A stretch of 64,000 nt of DNA from Fonticula alba ATCC 38817 (taxonomy: Eukaryota > Protista > Nucleariida): assembly GCA_000388065.2 (NCBI GenBank), contig KB932206.1, one strand, 5' to 3'. A model generated the notes under the pieces. That model did no database searches and was not told where the DNA came from. It was given only the letters and a program-made list of their open reading frames with translations. The translations under genes and the position numbers were made by a program. Shown here piece after piece: positions 47,218 to 60,700 of this stretch. Each line of letters opens with the position of its first letter. Within the stretch, counting starts at the first letter, position 1.

Positions 47218-50200
47218 GTTGCCGAAGGAGAGGGTTAGCATTGGTGTGCATTCGCCACCCTTGCAAGAGTGAGTGGCGCGTCTGGACACGTACCGATGCC
47301 TGGCGGACTTGGCGGCCGGTGATGTAGCCCGGGCCTCCCTCCATGCAGCCGGGGTACATACTGATTTCATTCTGGCAGCGGAAGTGCAGACTGTCTGGCA
47401 TCTGGATGGCCATCATCGTTGTGAAGGCATAGGTTGTCGGGGCAATGAAGCGTGTCCAATACAACCAACGCGGGAAGACACTGTGCGGGTACGCGGGGTG
47501 TTGGGGGCCATCAGTGTGGGATGAGGTAAGATGGGCTCGGGGATGCATGCATGGCACATAGACAATAAAAAAGAGACGGAGAAAAGCCCGGTGGCTCGGT
47601 TGTCCGCTCTTGACATGGCATCCTCCCCCCCATTCGCGAGCGCGGCAGGGCGGACGGCCGGGATGGATTGTCACGAGTGTGGTACATCCCCCCATCGGGC
47701 CGCTGGCTGGCCGGCAAACGCCCTTCCCCGCCCCCGCTCTCTCCGCCTGCTCTACTCTCGCAGCCCTCTCCCTTAGTCCTCCCCCCCATGACAGAGCATA
47801 CCTCAGATAGAAGCCTCCCACCAAGAGGAAAGTCAGCAGGAGGGTTGATGAGATGACAGTCACTGAGGACCGCCCCACAGAGTACGTGTGTGTACGCGCA
47901 CACACACGCACACGCGCGCACGCGCGCGAGGTGAGGGGGCGATTGTCCACGGCACACGACCAGATGGAACCGAGGCGCGTCAGAAATCGTCGGACAAGCC
48001 CAGGAGCATGCGCGCTGCTGGGCGCGGCTACCCCACCGCCCCTCGCCCTGCCCGGTGGCACACGCACCCTTTTGGATGTCAAACACAATGGCACTGATGA
48101 GCAGGGCAAAGGCCTGGAAGGTCCATGTGCAGACAATCAACAAACCAGCTGTGGCGAAGAAGGCGACGGCGTTGATGCGCAGGCCGGCCATGAAATAGAC
48201 GATACAAATGTACAACAGCGGCAGGAATGCCATGTACAGCATTTCCGCCACGATCTTGGCCGCATACCAGGACGACAAGCGGTAGGCCTTAGCCATGCGG
48301 TCCTTCATGATGACCAGGCGCTCGAGGGGGACTGCAGGCAGTCGAGAAAAAGGCCCACGCACATGTCAGAAAAAAGGCGTCTGCAGGGGGCGCGCGTCGT
48401 GAAGGGGCCCAGAGGAACCATGGCGCCATGATGCGAAGGCCCGTCGGGGCCAGTCGCGAGGACTTCTCTCCTTGGCCCTGCCCGCCCCCTGTGCTGCTCC
48501 ATTTACCCGGTCGTGATCACTCCTCTCGCCCCTCCTCCGCCTCTCTCTCTCTCCCCCCTCCCCCTCTCTCTCTTCCTTCCTCCCTCATAGACACAGGCAA
48601 GCATCGGCCTTTCTCGACGCACAGGAACTAGTGGTGGTGACGACCGGGAAGAAGCAGAAAAGGGTGGTCGAGAAGAAAAGCAAACCCACACGATCTTGGA
48701 TGGAGTTTTCCTGGAGCTTGGTCTGGAGCCACAAGAGACCCACAATGACAGACACGGCGACAATCTGAATGACCTGCATCTTGCCGAGGATGATGCCAAA
48801 TTGGTGCTTGAGACTGGAGGAGAGGGGCAGCGATGAGCAAAGGGTCGAAGTCAGGGCTGGCAAGTCCGGGCTGGCAAGCCCCCCCCCCCCCCAGTGGGGT
48901 GCTTTGGGGAGGTGGCAAGTGTGCGGGAGGAAATGTACGAAAGTGCCTCACTCCCGCCCCCCCCCCCCCCTCCCTTGGGCCCGGGCGTCATCAATGTGGG
49001 AAGAAAAGGACAGTGGGAAGGCACGGGGGCGGACGTGAAATATGGACGCACCTGCGCTCAAGCAGCACAAGGAATTGCATGAGCCAGGTGCTCTGGTAGG
49101 CGCGATACCCCTCCGGGGCCCGGTCGAACATGCGCCGGAAGAAGCCCTTCTTTCGCTGGTACTCCTTGCGCTTGGGGGCGTTCTCGACGAAAAGCCGCTC
49201 ATTCTCCATGGAGTCGGCATAGGCGCGATCGTAGTCGCCGGTCTTTTCGTCGATTTGGATGAGCTGCTGGCATTCGTCCTTCTGCTCGACCAAAACCTGG
49301 AGGGCGTAGTCTGCGATGTTGAAGAGCTTCGGGCAGAAGAGGTTGGCCATGGCCAGGCGCCGATGGAGGTCCTGCGGCCGGCCGCGGAAGACCGATCGGC
49401 CCTCCGCGAGGAGGGTCAGCTGGTCGAACATGTAGAAGATGTACTCCGACGGCTGGTGGATGGAGCAGATGATGGACTTGCGGTCGATGTGGGATAGGCG
49501 CTTGAGCACGCGAATGAGCGATGCCGCCATGCTGGCATCGAGGCCTGCCGGCGATAGGAGATCCCCGGGGGACGCGCGTGCGTGTGTGTGTGTGTGTGTG
49601 TGTGCGTGTGTGGGAACAGGAGGGCGAGTGAGATTAAGCTGACATGGAGCAGGCCCGAAAAAGAAAAGCCCGGCCAGAGGCCAGCCGATAACATGGTCCC
49701 AGTACGCCGGGAATATCCACATACCACTTGTCGGCTCGTCCAAGTAGATGACACTGGTGTTGGCCAGCAGCTCAGCGCCAATGCTTGTACGCTTGCGCTC
49801 ACCGCCCGACACACCACGAATGCCGGGCCCACCGATTTTGGTGTTCAGGCACCGGCGAAGATCCATCAAGTCGATGATTCGCTCAAGCTATCATGAATGG
49901 GACATGTGCAGGCGAGCAACATGCAGGGGGTGTGTCCCCCTCCCCCCACTCATGATGAGTGCCATAGTTAGTGAACCGTGGCCAAGCCCCCGGAGATGCC
50001 CTCCTGCCGTCGACCGTGTGCGAATGTGTGGAGCGACATATTTCCCTCTCCGTCTGTCCCTCCCTCTCTCTCTCTCTCTTCCTCTCTTGCTCTCGCCTTT
50101 TTCTTTGTTAGTGCGCGCGCGCGCGCGCCATGAAGCGCACCATCTCGAGCTTCATCTCACGGCTCATCTCACGGGGCAGTCGAAGAAGAGCCTGGAGGAG

Positions 50201-52049
50201 GGGCGGGCAAACACAGCGACCATGGTTAGCATATCCTGCGACAGAGTGCCATCACTGAAGCCCCTCTTCGGCCTTGCGATAGGCCGCTCGAGTTTGCCCC
50301 TTGCACATGTGCACTCCCCCACACTTCGACCCCCCCCCCCCGTGCGGCCTGTGCTGATTGCCTTTAAATCGCCCATGCAACTGCGCGCATACGCACCGAA
50401 TAGCGCAGGGTCTCCTTGACTGTGAGATGAGAGAACATGACGTCGTCCTGGGTGACAAAGCCAATGTATCTGGAAACACAGACACATGGCGATCCCCCCT
50501 CCCGGAGAGTCAGTCGCAAGGTGGGTCAACAAATGAAAAATGGCCCCCGCAGGTGCTCCACCCCCTTGGCCGCACACGACACAAGCGAGGAGAATGCCCC
50601 GGCATCCGCCCTTGGCCAGGGTGAATAGATCCCCAGCCTGTCGTCTCCCGCCCCCCCCCCCCCCCCCTTCCCGGCCTGGCCTGGGCCTTGCCCGACGACC
50701 GGATGTTGCACGCACCCGCGCATATACTTGTGATAGGGCTCGCCGTTGTAATGGAGCCAGTACTTGGCCTTGCCGGAGCGAGGCCGGTTGCCAGCCATGA
50801 TGTTCAGCAGCGTGGTCTTACCACAGCCGGAGGGGCCCATGAGGGCCACCAGCTGGCCGGGCTGCACCCGACAGAAGACATTGTGCAGCAGGGTCCGACG
50901 GCCGATCTTCTTGGCAGGCAGCCAGGTGCGCGACTCTGTGGCCGAGCCCCGGGGAGCAACAAAGGAGGGTCACATTCCGACATTGGGGGATTAGTCCTTG
51001 CTTGGGCAGGCATGCGTCAGGGGCCCGGCCACAGGCACGGGCTCCGGGTTGTGTGAAAGACGCCGCCACCGGCACAGGCCGGCAGGAAGGGGCAGGGCGA
51101 GCCCAAGGGCCAGGCACGTACTCTGAATGTCCACCGTGTAGTCTTCCACCGCACACAAGACCAGGACTTCCTTGTTCTTCCACTCGGTGGGGAAGATGGG
51201 TTCCAGCAAGGATTGATCATCCTTGGTCGGGTCTTCCGGCATATTGCTGCCGGAGCCCTCCGGTCCGACATTGCCGGAAGAAATGTCACCGGGGCCGCCG
51301 GGGCCGCCGGGGCCGCCGGGGCCGCCGGGGCCGCCGCCACGGCCAGCACCACCACCGCCAGGGCCCCCGCCGACCACCTCTCCTGACCGTTGGGCCGATA
51401 GCAGGTGGCTAGCGCGCGGGGATTGGACAATGCTCAACGGGTCGGCCGGGGTCACGCCAACCGTGGAGACGGTGAGGCGTGGCTGGCCGCCGATGGAGGC
51501 CCCCGAGGCCAGGCTGGTGATCGAGGCGCCGGGTGCCGGGCCCAGGACACTGGGGACCGGGCCCAGGACACTGGGGACCGGGGCCGCGGTCACGTCGCCG
51601 GGGCCGCTCGGCGGCACCGGGCATCCTCCCACGGCCTCCGACATGCGGTAGGTGTCCAGGCGATTGGCATCGGGGATGATGCGCAAAGGGGTGCCATCGA
51701 CCGCCGAGTCAATGATAACCGGCGGCACGGCGCCCGGGCTGGAGCTCTCGTGCCAGTGGAGGATCTCATGGTTGCCGCCCTCAATGCAATCGTTGATGAA
51801 GAGGGCAGCCCGGTTGTCCAGACTGCTCTGCTCATACTGCTCACGGACCACCCGGCGAAGGCTGTCGTACCGGGAGTGCTCGGGGTTGACCTCGATGCCG
51901 GCCGGGGAGTACATGTTCCGAGCGGCCTCGCCGCCATGGCGCGCCAGGCGCGACATGCCGGCCTCCTCCTGCGAGACACCGTCAATGTGGTAGGATCTTT
52001 GGGATACGCCGGCACGTGTCCGGGGCATCCAGCCCAGTGCGCCCTCCAT
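47055..52049 (-). CDS. ABCG-subfamily half-transporter (NBD-TMD, White-like) with ~310-aa N-terminal extension; 11 exons: 52049-51122, 50935-50716, 50469-50397, 50191-50141, 49887-49725, 49544-49052, 48813-48623, 48331-48068, 47862-47802, 47480-47294, 47153-47055 (909 aa)
   Basis: Walker [11 protein letters not shown]-loop GFVTQDD, signature VSGGERKR, Walker [13 protein letters not shown]-loop CSIHQPS, then an ABC2 membrane domain ([44 protein letters not shown]). All junctions are phase-consistent. Confidence 0.93.
47155..47214 (+). repeat. (TG)30 microsatellite abutting the last ABCG splice acceptor
   Basis: Direct reading; on the coding strand a (CA)n run leads directly into CAG. Confidence 0.9.
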
Positions 52050-54370
52050 GGTGGTCGGCAGCAAGGGGAAGGTTCTGCAGGCCCGGCGCCTGGGCGAGAA
52101 AGTGGCCAGGCAAGGGGTGAGATGGGGGAAAGAAAATTGCACAGGCGTGGAAGGCCCCGAGGCGCAGGACGGCAAGTTTTGGGGGGCCTCTTCTTCCTTT
52201 CCAAAGCCCCCCCCCCTTCGTCACATGCGGCGGGTCGTTGCTGGAAAAAAACGCACCGCGAGACGGCTGAGAGAAGTGGCTATGGGTTCGGGCAAAAAAG
52301 AGAGAGCGAGAGAGAGAGAGCAAGAGAGAGAGAGAGAGAGAGCGAGCGAGGGATGTTCTGAGACTGGCCAGACGCTTAGGCGAGCAGAGAGACAGGCAGC
52401 GAGGGAGGGGGTGGGGCAGGCGGGTAGGGGGGCGAAGGGTGTGTGTTTTCTGGGCTGGCAGGAAAAAGGAGTGCCGGACGAGGGCCGGAGGCACGGCCGT
52501 GGGGTTCCTTTTAGCGCCACCCTGGGGCCGGCTGGCAGAGAGTACCTCTGGAAGGCGGACCGGGGGATGGATGTGCCTCAGGATCCGTGCCGCTGTCGGC
52601 GTTGGAGGGCCTATTTACTTGCATGGCCGCCTGGCTGCGCGTCCGTGTGTCTGCGCATCTGGGCGTCCGCACGTTCATGTGCCTGTGTGTGTGTGTGTCG
52701 GCGTGTCGGCGTGTCGGGCTTGTGGCCAAATATGCCCATGCGCCGCAGGGCCTGTGTGCCGGTGTACACGGCAAATTCATGGCCAGAGGAGCTTGGAGCT
52801 CAAGCCCCCGGCGGCGGAATGTGCCTGGCCCGAGCTCGTGGAATGGCGGGGGCCTGGGTTGGCTGGCGCGGCGCAAGGCTTTCCCAGCTCATGTCTGCCG
52901 GGAAGGGGCTCGCAGGCGATGCGTATCCCCTCCAAAGCAAGCTCGCCCCCCCCCCCCCCCTCCCCGAGATCGGATTTCCTGCTCTCCTGTTGGTATGCTC
53001 CCCTGCCCGCCCCCCGCACGAGGGACACCAGGACCAGCTTTGGAACGCCTACACCTGCCGACACGAAGGCCGGGTAAAAAAAAATAGGCCGCGATGGGCG
53101 ATCCCATCAGCTGGCCTCCGGCCACTGCGGCCAATTCAAACGACCAGGGATTGTGGGCTGTAGGTAACTGCCCCGCACCCCGTAAACGCCATGTCCGCTC
53201 CAGATCGGCGGGGGCACACCGGCAGGGAGGAGGGGGGACGGGAGCCAGGATGTAGCCTCATGTGCCATCTCCCCCGGACCCAGGGATTCGGCACTTGGTT
53301 TCCGGTGGGGGGATCTTCCAAAAGCAAGATCCCTTCCCGACTCACGGCCCCTGCACTCTCGTGGCCCCTGGGTCGCGGGGCGGCTTCTGCACGCCCACGG
53401 AGGCGCTCGACCCCAGGTGGGCAGTGGAGCATGTGCCCCAGGCTGCCCCAGGCGGAAGGCAGATGCACCAGCGGGGCTCTCTTCCGGGAAAAGAAAGGAA
53501 AAATGTGAAGAACAAGCTCGGGGACGCCCAGCCCCAACCCCACAACGAGGAGTTACATAATGTTAATCGGCATCGTGTGACCACGTGCATGGTGTGGCGC
53601 TCCGCCCCGGGGCGTGATCCATCAGCAGGCGGTGGCGCCAGCCCGGAGGATAAGTGCCAACCCTCGTCGGCCAAGAGCCCCGTCCCCCCCAAGTGCGGGA
53701 CATTTGCGGGGGGGGGGCCCTGGCGCGGTGCAATTCCGGAAGAAAGCCGGCGCCGCAATGGTGTCGTGAGAGGCAGGGAACCAGCGGCATACCGCAATCC
53801 GGGCGTGTACCCCTGAGTCTCTTCGACATTTATGTCGGCCTGGCGATCTCCATCGAAAAGCGGGCCTCGGCCGCGGCCTCGCGAGGGGCCAGGGCGGGGG
53901 CCTCCATGCCGGTGGCGACACGATTGTGGGCTCTTCTATTTGGCAGGCCGCGGTTCCCGGCGGATGGACCCGGGGACCGCAGGTACAAAGCCCCACCTTG
54001 CTGGTGAATATTCGCAAAGTCCCGGCCACCACACATCCCTCAACAAAAGCACCGTTGCTCTGTTCTCCCCGGCCCTTGGCTCCCTCTTGGCCATTGGCTT
54101 GCCGCCATCGGACCTCTGGCTGCTAGACTCCACGTTGTGAGTCAATTAGAACGCGTGGAGGAGGGGGCCCCCACCACGCCCACCGGTGGGCGTGGACTCG
54201 CGGCAGGTGTGACCCCGGTGCCTGGTGGCTGCTTTGTGAAGTGCCCCGGGTCGGTGGAATGGCAGGGCCCTTTTGCGCCAAGCCCCAAGGCGAGACTGCG
54301 TGGCGCCTGGGGCGGGCCCCTGTGTGGGGCTTGATCCAAAAAGAAAGGGCCATCCGCTCGTGGGGGGGGG

Positions 54371-54374
<4 letters not shown>

Positions 54375-54418
<44 letters not shown>

Positions 54419-54441
54419 GGGAGAGGGAGAGGGAGAGGGAG
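54375..54441 (+). repeat. (GA)n/(GAGG)n microsatellite upstream of the NTase-ankyrin gene
   Basis: Direct reading. Confidence 0.85.
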
Positions 54442-54688
54442 ATCCTTCGCGGCCCGAGCGGCCCTTCGGAGGCGCCGCTGGTAAGGGGAGCGCCCTTCAA
54501 GGCAGAAGCCCCAGACAGAGTCAGTAGCCGCGAGCAAATGAAAAGGCACCCTAATGGCATCTCGTGAGGCTTGGCCCCGAGGGGGAACGAAGGCCACCCG
54601 GGTGAGATGCTGCTGCCTCGGCGGGGGCGTCCCGCAACCGGCGGCGGGGTGACCTTTTGTCATGGACGCGCTGCCATGCCGCTTGCTC

Positions 54689-54694
54689 TATAAA
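54689..54694 (+). promoter_or_regulatory. Candidate TATA box (TATAAA) of the NTase-ankyrin gene
   Basis: CTATAAAG about 100 nt upstream of the ATG at 54791 in a very GC-rich context. Confidence 0.35.
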
Positions 54695-54790
54695 GGCCAC
54701 CACAGGCGGCAGCCAGCAAAACACCACTTGGCCAGCATCCCCCCACTGTAGGAGCACGCTTCCTTTCCCCCCCCCCCCCCTTTTCCTGCC

Positions 54791-57700
54791 ATGGACACCA
54801 GCACCCTGTCCACGCCGACGGCCGATCTTTTGGCCGACTACCTGGCCCTCTTCACCCGGCAGGATGTCCGGGCTGATGTTGGCACACGACTGCAGGTGCC
54901 CTTCCCCCCAACGCCATGTTGTCCTTTTGTCCGCGCCGGCTGATCGCATGCACCCTCGCTAACATCCCGGCTTGACCTGGTGCTCCCCCGCCCCCCGGCC
55001 GGTTAGGATCTGATCGATCGGGAAAACCATTGCCGCATGCTGTTCGCGCAGGAGCGCGATCATGCCCACCTGCAGGACCCTCATTTGATGCTGATCCCCC
55101 TCTTCGGCCAGCCAGCAGGTAGCATGGTGGCCCGTGACGCCGGCGAGGAGGCGGCCCTTTCGCCGGACGGACTGCCACTCTACCGGCTGATGTTCGCCGA
55201 GACCGCCGAGACCCGGCGCTTTCGCAAGGCCCCCGGCGACCCGGTCATCACCGGCTCCCTGGATGCCTTCCACCGGAACTGGGAACTTTTCACGGAAAAT
55301 TCCCTGCGCTATGTCAAGTGGGATAATGTGGTGGCGGCCGGGGGGTCCGTCTTGGCGTGCCTGATGCCGGTCTTCGACCCGGACACGCCGAGCACCTTCC
55401 TGCCGGATGCCGACGTCGCCTTCGGCCAGGTGGCCCGAGCCCGAGCCGCCATGCGGGTGGATGCATCGGTCCGGACGCTGAATGGCGCCACGGTCACCAG
55501 CCCGGGCGAGGCCATCTCCCCCAAGCGCCAGCGGTACATCTACCACAACATGCTGTACCGGTCGTCGGACATTGACCTCTTCATCTATGGTCTGGATGAG
55601 GAGGCCGCCCGGGCCAAGCTCATCGAGCTGTATGAGGCCATTTCCAATGCCATCCCCCATGCGGCGCTGGTCTTCCGGTCGAAGTATGCCGTTTCGATTG
55701 TCAGCCAGTTCCCCTACCGGCACATCCAGATTGTCCTCCGCCGGTATGCCTCCCCGGCCGAGGTGCTCATGGGCTTCGATGTGGACTGCTCCGGGGTGGC
55801 CTTCGACGGCCGGCAGGTGTATGCCGTGCCGCGTGCCCATGCGGCGCTGGTGTTCCAGCGCAACACCATCGACATGTCCCGGCGGTCGCCCTCCTACGAA
55901 ACCCGACTGGCCAAGTACGCGGCCCGGGGGTTCGCCGTGCGGGCCCCCCACTTCGACCTCGATCGCGTGGATCCCCAGATCCTGGAACGGCCCCTCGACC
56001 GGGTCCAAGGCTTGGCCCGGCTGCTGGTGCTGGAGCGCCTCCGGTCGCCGGTGGCCCTTCAGACCTTCCGAACCGAGCAGCGCCTCCGCCGGATGCGTGT
56101 CGAGTCGACGGACGCCCAGTCGGCCGATGGGCTGGCTGGCGGCCTGGCCGGCAACCTCCCGGCCGATGATGACATTGACAATGGCCGCGGCGAGGGGGGC
56201 TATCTTCGCCAACAAATCGAAAGTCGCCTCAGTCAAGACGCCTTCCTGCGGGACCGGCTCCATGGGAGCCACATCAGCGAGCTGTCGGACTATGCCACGG
56301 TCTTCCTGCCCTGGGGCCCGGACTGGAATGCCAAAAACATCCGCGACCTGATGGAGGGCAAGGACTCCATGCTGAACTCGCCCTGGTTCGACCGGGGCAA
56401 GACATACCACACCCATCCCTGCTTCATCGGCCGCATGGCCACCATCATGGAGGACTGTTGTGGCTTTTGCCCGGCCTTCCCGGCGGACTTCGACATCGCC
56501 GAGTCCCCCTTCGTCCACGGGCCGTTGGTCTTCTTGGCGGATGACCCCGGCCGCCAGGCCATCGGCTCCTTCCGGCCCATCACCGACGGCGATTGGATGA
56601 CATCGGCCCTCCTTGACCCGGCGGCCGACTTGCTGGCCCAGGCCGCGGCGACCGGCGACCTGGGCCTCTTCCACCGGGCGCTGGAGCTGGAGTCGGCGCG
56701 TGTGGCGCATGACCGGGCGGCGGCCCTCGCCGGCCAGGCCGCCGCCGAGCGGATCGCCGCCGCCGCCCAGGCCGATGTGGCTGCTCGGTTGGCCGAGGCG
56801 TCGGCCGCCACCGCGGCCATGCTCGACCGGGGAGACCCCTACTGCGAGGTCTCCCCGGCCTGTGCCCTGGGCCGGCGCCTGGCCACCGCCCGAAGGGCCC
56901 ACACCCAGGCGCAAGAGGCGCAGGCCGCGGCCGCCCGGCGACTTGCCGATGTGCAGGGGATCCGCCTGGATGGCCGTGACTCGCTCGGCCGGACGCCCCT
57001 CATCCTGGCCGTCCTCAGTGGGAACCGGGAGATTGTTCGGGCGCTGCTGGACGCCGGGCTGCGGTCCCTGCGCGCGGCGGTGCTGCGCCTGCGGCACCCT
57101 CCCGGGCAGGCTCCCCCGGACGAGTCGGACCGCCGAGTGCTGGCCACACTGGAGCCGTGTCTGGAATTGTCGCTCCCGGAGTGCGTGCAGCCGAGTTTGT
57201 CCGAGCGCGGCGCCGATGGCCGGACGCCGCTGCACTTTGCCGCGCACTACCATCGCACGGACATTTTGGTCGACCTGCTGGAGTACAACCACCGGGTGCG
57301 GGAATTGCTGCTCGAGGCTCGGAGCCTGCGCGCTGGGCAATCACCCGAGGAGCCGGCCACGCCGGAGCCCGGGGCCTCCGCCCCCGAGGAGGACATCGAC
57401 CCTGATCAGGGCCATGCCAGCCCGGATGGCGACACCATCGACCCCGAGCTCGAGGAGATGATGGAGCTTGCCGAGTCGGACGACGACTCGGGGGACGACT
57501 CGGGGGACGATGCGCTCGACGACCGGCAGCCCACCGAGACCCCCCGTCGGGGCATGGCCGATGGCTCGGGCGGCATGGCGCCCCCCGCGCGCGAGGGCTT
57601 TGTGTCGGTCGATTGCGAGGATTGGGCCGGGCATCTGACCCCCCTGCACTATGCCATCCTCTTTGGGAGTGTGGAATGCGCGCGCGTGCTGCTGGCCCAT

Positions 57701-60700
57701 GGGGCCAGTGCGGGCCGGCCGTGCCTGCCCCTCGCCACGGGCTCCGGCGAGGCCCTGACCCCGCTGATGCTGGTGTCCTATGTCGAGGACACCGACACGG
57801 CCGTGGCCCTGGCCACCCTGCTGGTCGAGGGGGTGGACCTTGTGCCGTTGGCCGGGCAGCCGGCTGGCGGGCCAGCAGGGCGCTCGGCGCCGGCCTCCCT
57901 GGTGGACATGATGCTCACCCGGCAGCTGTCCGTGCTGGGGCTGTATGCGGCCCGGTTGCGGGCGGATTTGCTGACGGACTTCATCGGCCGGCACTTCTCG
58001 GCCGAGCAGCTGGCCCCGCTGCTGACCCATGTCACCCTGGACCAGTTGAACCCCCTCGGTCTGGCCATTCGCATCGGGTATCTCCAGGGCGGCAGCCATG
58101 GCCGCCATAGTGCGCCGGCCATTTTGCGTGATGGGCTTGGTCGTGCCCTTCGCGAGCAGCTCACCTGCGACACCGTCCGGGCGCTGCTGCGCCTGGGGGT
58201 CCCGGCTCGCGTGCTGCCCGAGCACCAGGCCGCCTCCAAGGACCTGGCCATGGCCACCTGGACCGCCGGGCTGTCCTTGCACAGTGCCCGCTGCTATGAG
58301 ACCCTCCCGGACGAGCTCCAGCCCTGCTACATGGCTCTCGAGGCCCGGCTGCCCCGGGTGCTGGAGCTCCTCCTCGAGGCGGATCCCTCGCTGGCCACCC
58401 TACGCCTTTCGGGCGTCGCACTGTGCGCCGCCCCCCCGGCCCATGCCCCTGGGCCACGGCCCCATTTTGCCGCCAGCCCACACGCCCCCGGGGATGCTGC
58501 CCGTGGGCATGCTTGCCATGACTAACACACCCGGCCTGGGCCGTGCACGGCTTGCCCTCCCCCCCCCCCAAAAAAAAATGCGACTCTCCCGGCGCCCGGC
58601 GGACGGGATGACGCCCGCCGCAGCGCGCCTGCCAAGCTCCCCGACCGTCAGCTTGTCGCCCCCGCCGGCGGGGCTTTCGCCGCACGCGCCCCCCTCGGGC
58701 ACGGGGCCGCCATGCCGGAGCCGGCCTTCCACCTGACGGACTCGGTCCTGGCCACGGCCGCCCGGATGGTGCAGGCGGCCCAGGCCGACGCCAGGGAGCT
58801 GGCCGCCCTCCAGGCTGCGGCTCCCGCGCTCTTTGACCTGCTCGAGCAGGTGTACTCCCATGCGGAACTTGGCAAGGCCACCGCCACCAATGAGGTGGCC
58901 ATCAACGCGGACGATCTGGACATTGCCGACATCCGGGCGGCCATGCGAGTCATGCGCCGGGTCATGCGCGACGAGTACCTTGCCGCGGCGGGCCTCGCGG
59001 GCCGGCCGACCGCCGGCGATGATGCCACCATGACCGACGCCACACCGGACGCCGGCAGCATGCCGGCCGGCCCCCAGGCAGACGATGATGCCGACCTGTC
59101 CGATGCCCCGGAGCCGACCATCGACCATGAGGACTATGCGGCCGGGCGGCCGGCGGTCGACCAGTTCCTCTGGCAAGCCGTCGGCAATGTGGCCGGCCTG
59201 TCGATGCCGGAGCCCCGGCTGTCGGATCGGGATGACCAGGTTTTCCGCCTGCGCAATGCCATCCGTCTGCGGAATGGCGAGCCCCGCCTGCCCCGGGCCC
59301 CGACCGGGCTGTTCGAGCCGGCGGAGCTCTTCGACCCGGCCAGCGTGACGACCATTCGCTCGGCCCTGCGCACGCGCCGGCAAATCCTGCGGGAGATCCA
59401 CCGCCACGAGGCGCTTCCGGCCGCCGGCGCGGCCCCGGGCCCCGGGGTGATGGTGACGCTTTTGCTGCACGACCTGGCCGTGGTCAATTTCATGGTCGGC
59501 CTGCCGGCCGGCGATCGACTCGACGACCGGGACCCGGCGCGCGGCGAATCCGGCCCGCTCGCGGCCGCCGACCACCCGCCAGGCCCCCTGCATCGGTTGC
59601 GGCCTGCTGCGCGCGACGCCCTCGACCGGGTCATGGCCGCCGCATCCGACGGCCTGTTGGCCCGGCAGCGGGAGGACTTCCGCCGGCTGGGGCTCATGCA
59701 TGAATTGCTGGCCCGGCATCTTGGCACGCCGTGCACCTTCCCCCGGCGGTATCCCCCTGCCGGGGACCGGCTGGCGCCCCGGGCCAAGCGCGTGTGGGCC
59801 GCCGGCTACGACGACCCCGAGGCCCTGGCCCAGCATCTGGTTCAGGAGGTGGCATTCCGCGCGTGGGCCAAGGTCACCGTGTCGGTGGCCGAATGCCTCC
59901 TCCGGAGCCTGACCATGGAAGCCATCCAGGCGGCCCTGGACCGGGAGTTCGAAGGGCACGAGCGCATGGGCACCTGCCCCCAGCTGGGGGCCTTCATCAG
60001 GCGCCTCGCTGGCGCGATGCTGGCCCGGGTCCCGGGCACGCTGGAGGCGACCATGGGCCAGGATCGCCACACGTCCGATTGCCGGGCCTTCGGCCCGGGC
60101 AGCGGCCAGGGGCCCGGTCTGCGGGTGGGCTTCCGGGCCGGGGGCCACCCGGTCCAGGGCCCGGCCAATGAGGCCATCTACCGGGCCCTCTTTGAGGCGG
60201 TCTTCGCCGGCGACACGGCCCTTGTGGCCCACTTGACCGACACGACGGCGCACGGCCCGCGCGTGGCCCTGGTGGACAGCTGTCTGAGCGGGTCATCCAT
60301 GACCACGCCCCTTCGGGTGGCCCTGCGGTTCTTGCCCCGGCCCGCGGCGATGGTGGAGCTGCTGCTCGCGCGGCTGGCTTGCCAGTACCGGCCGCGTATC
60401 AGCGCGGCGGCGGTGCGCGTGGCCGCCGCCCAGGCGGCCGAGTCGCCCGGGGCCGCGGCCAAGCGCGCCGCCCGCATCAGCACCCTCGACTTCTTGGCCA
60501 TGACCTTCGGCGATGGGCCCGACCAGGCCCTGGACTATCTGGATGAGGAGCCGGCCCCGGGCCCGGGTGCCGGCCATGCCGGGGGGCCAAATGCCCCGGC
60601 GGATGTGCCCCCCTCGCTGGGCCTCGGCCGGGGCCGCGGCAAGATGGCCCACCGGGCCTTTGCCCGGGCTTACCGGGCCAATTGCCGGGCCCAGAGCACG

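Noticed and set aside
54959-57340. 793-aa minus-strand ORF and similar long antisense ORFs (31557-33830, 58400-60253, 61282-63243, 40088-41602)
   Set aside because: They mirror real genes with GC3-rich codons; stop codons are rare at this GC content and the peptides show no domain signatures.
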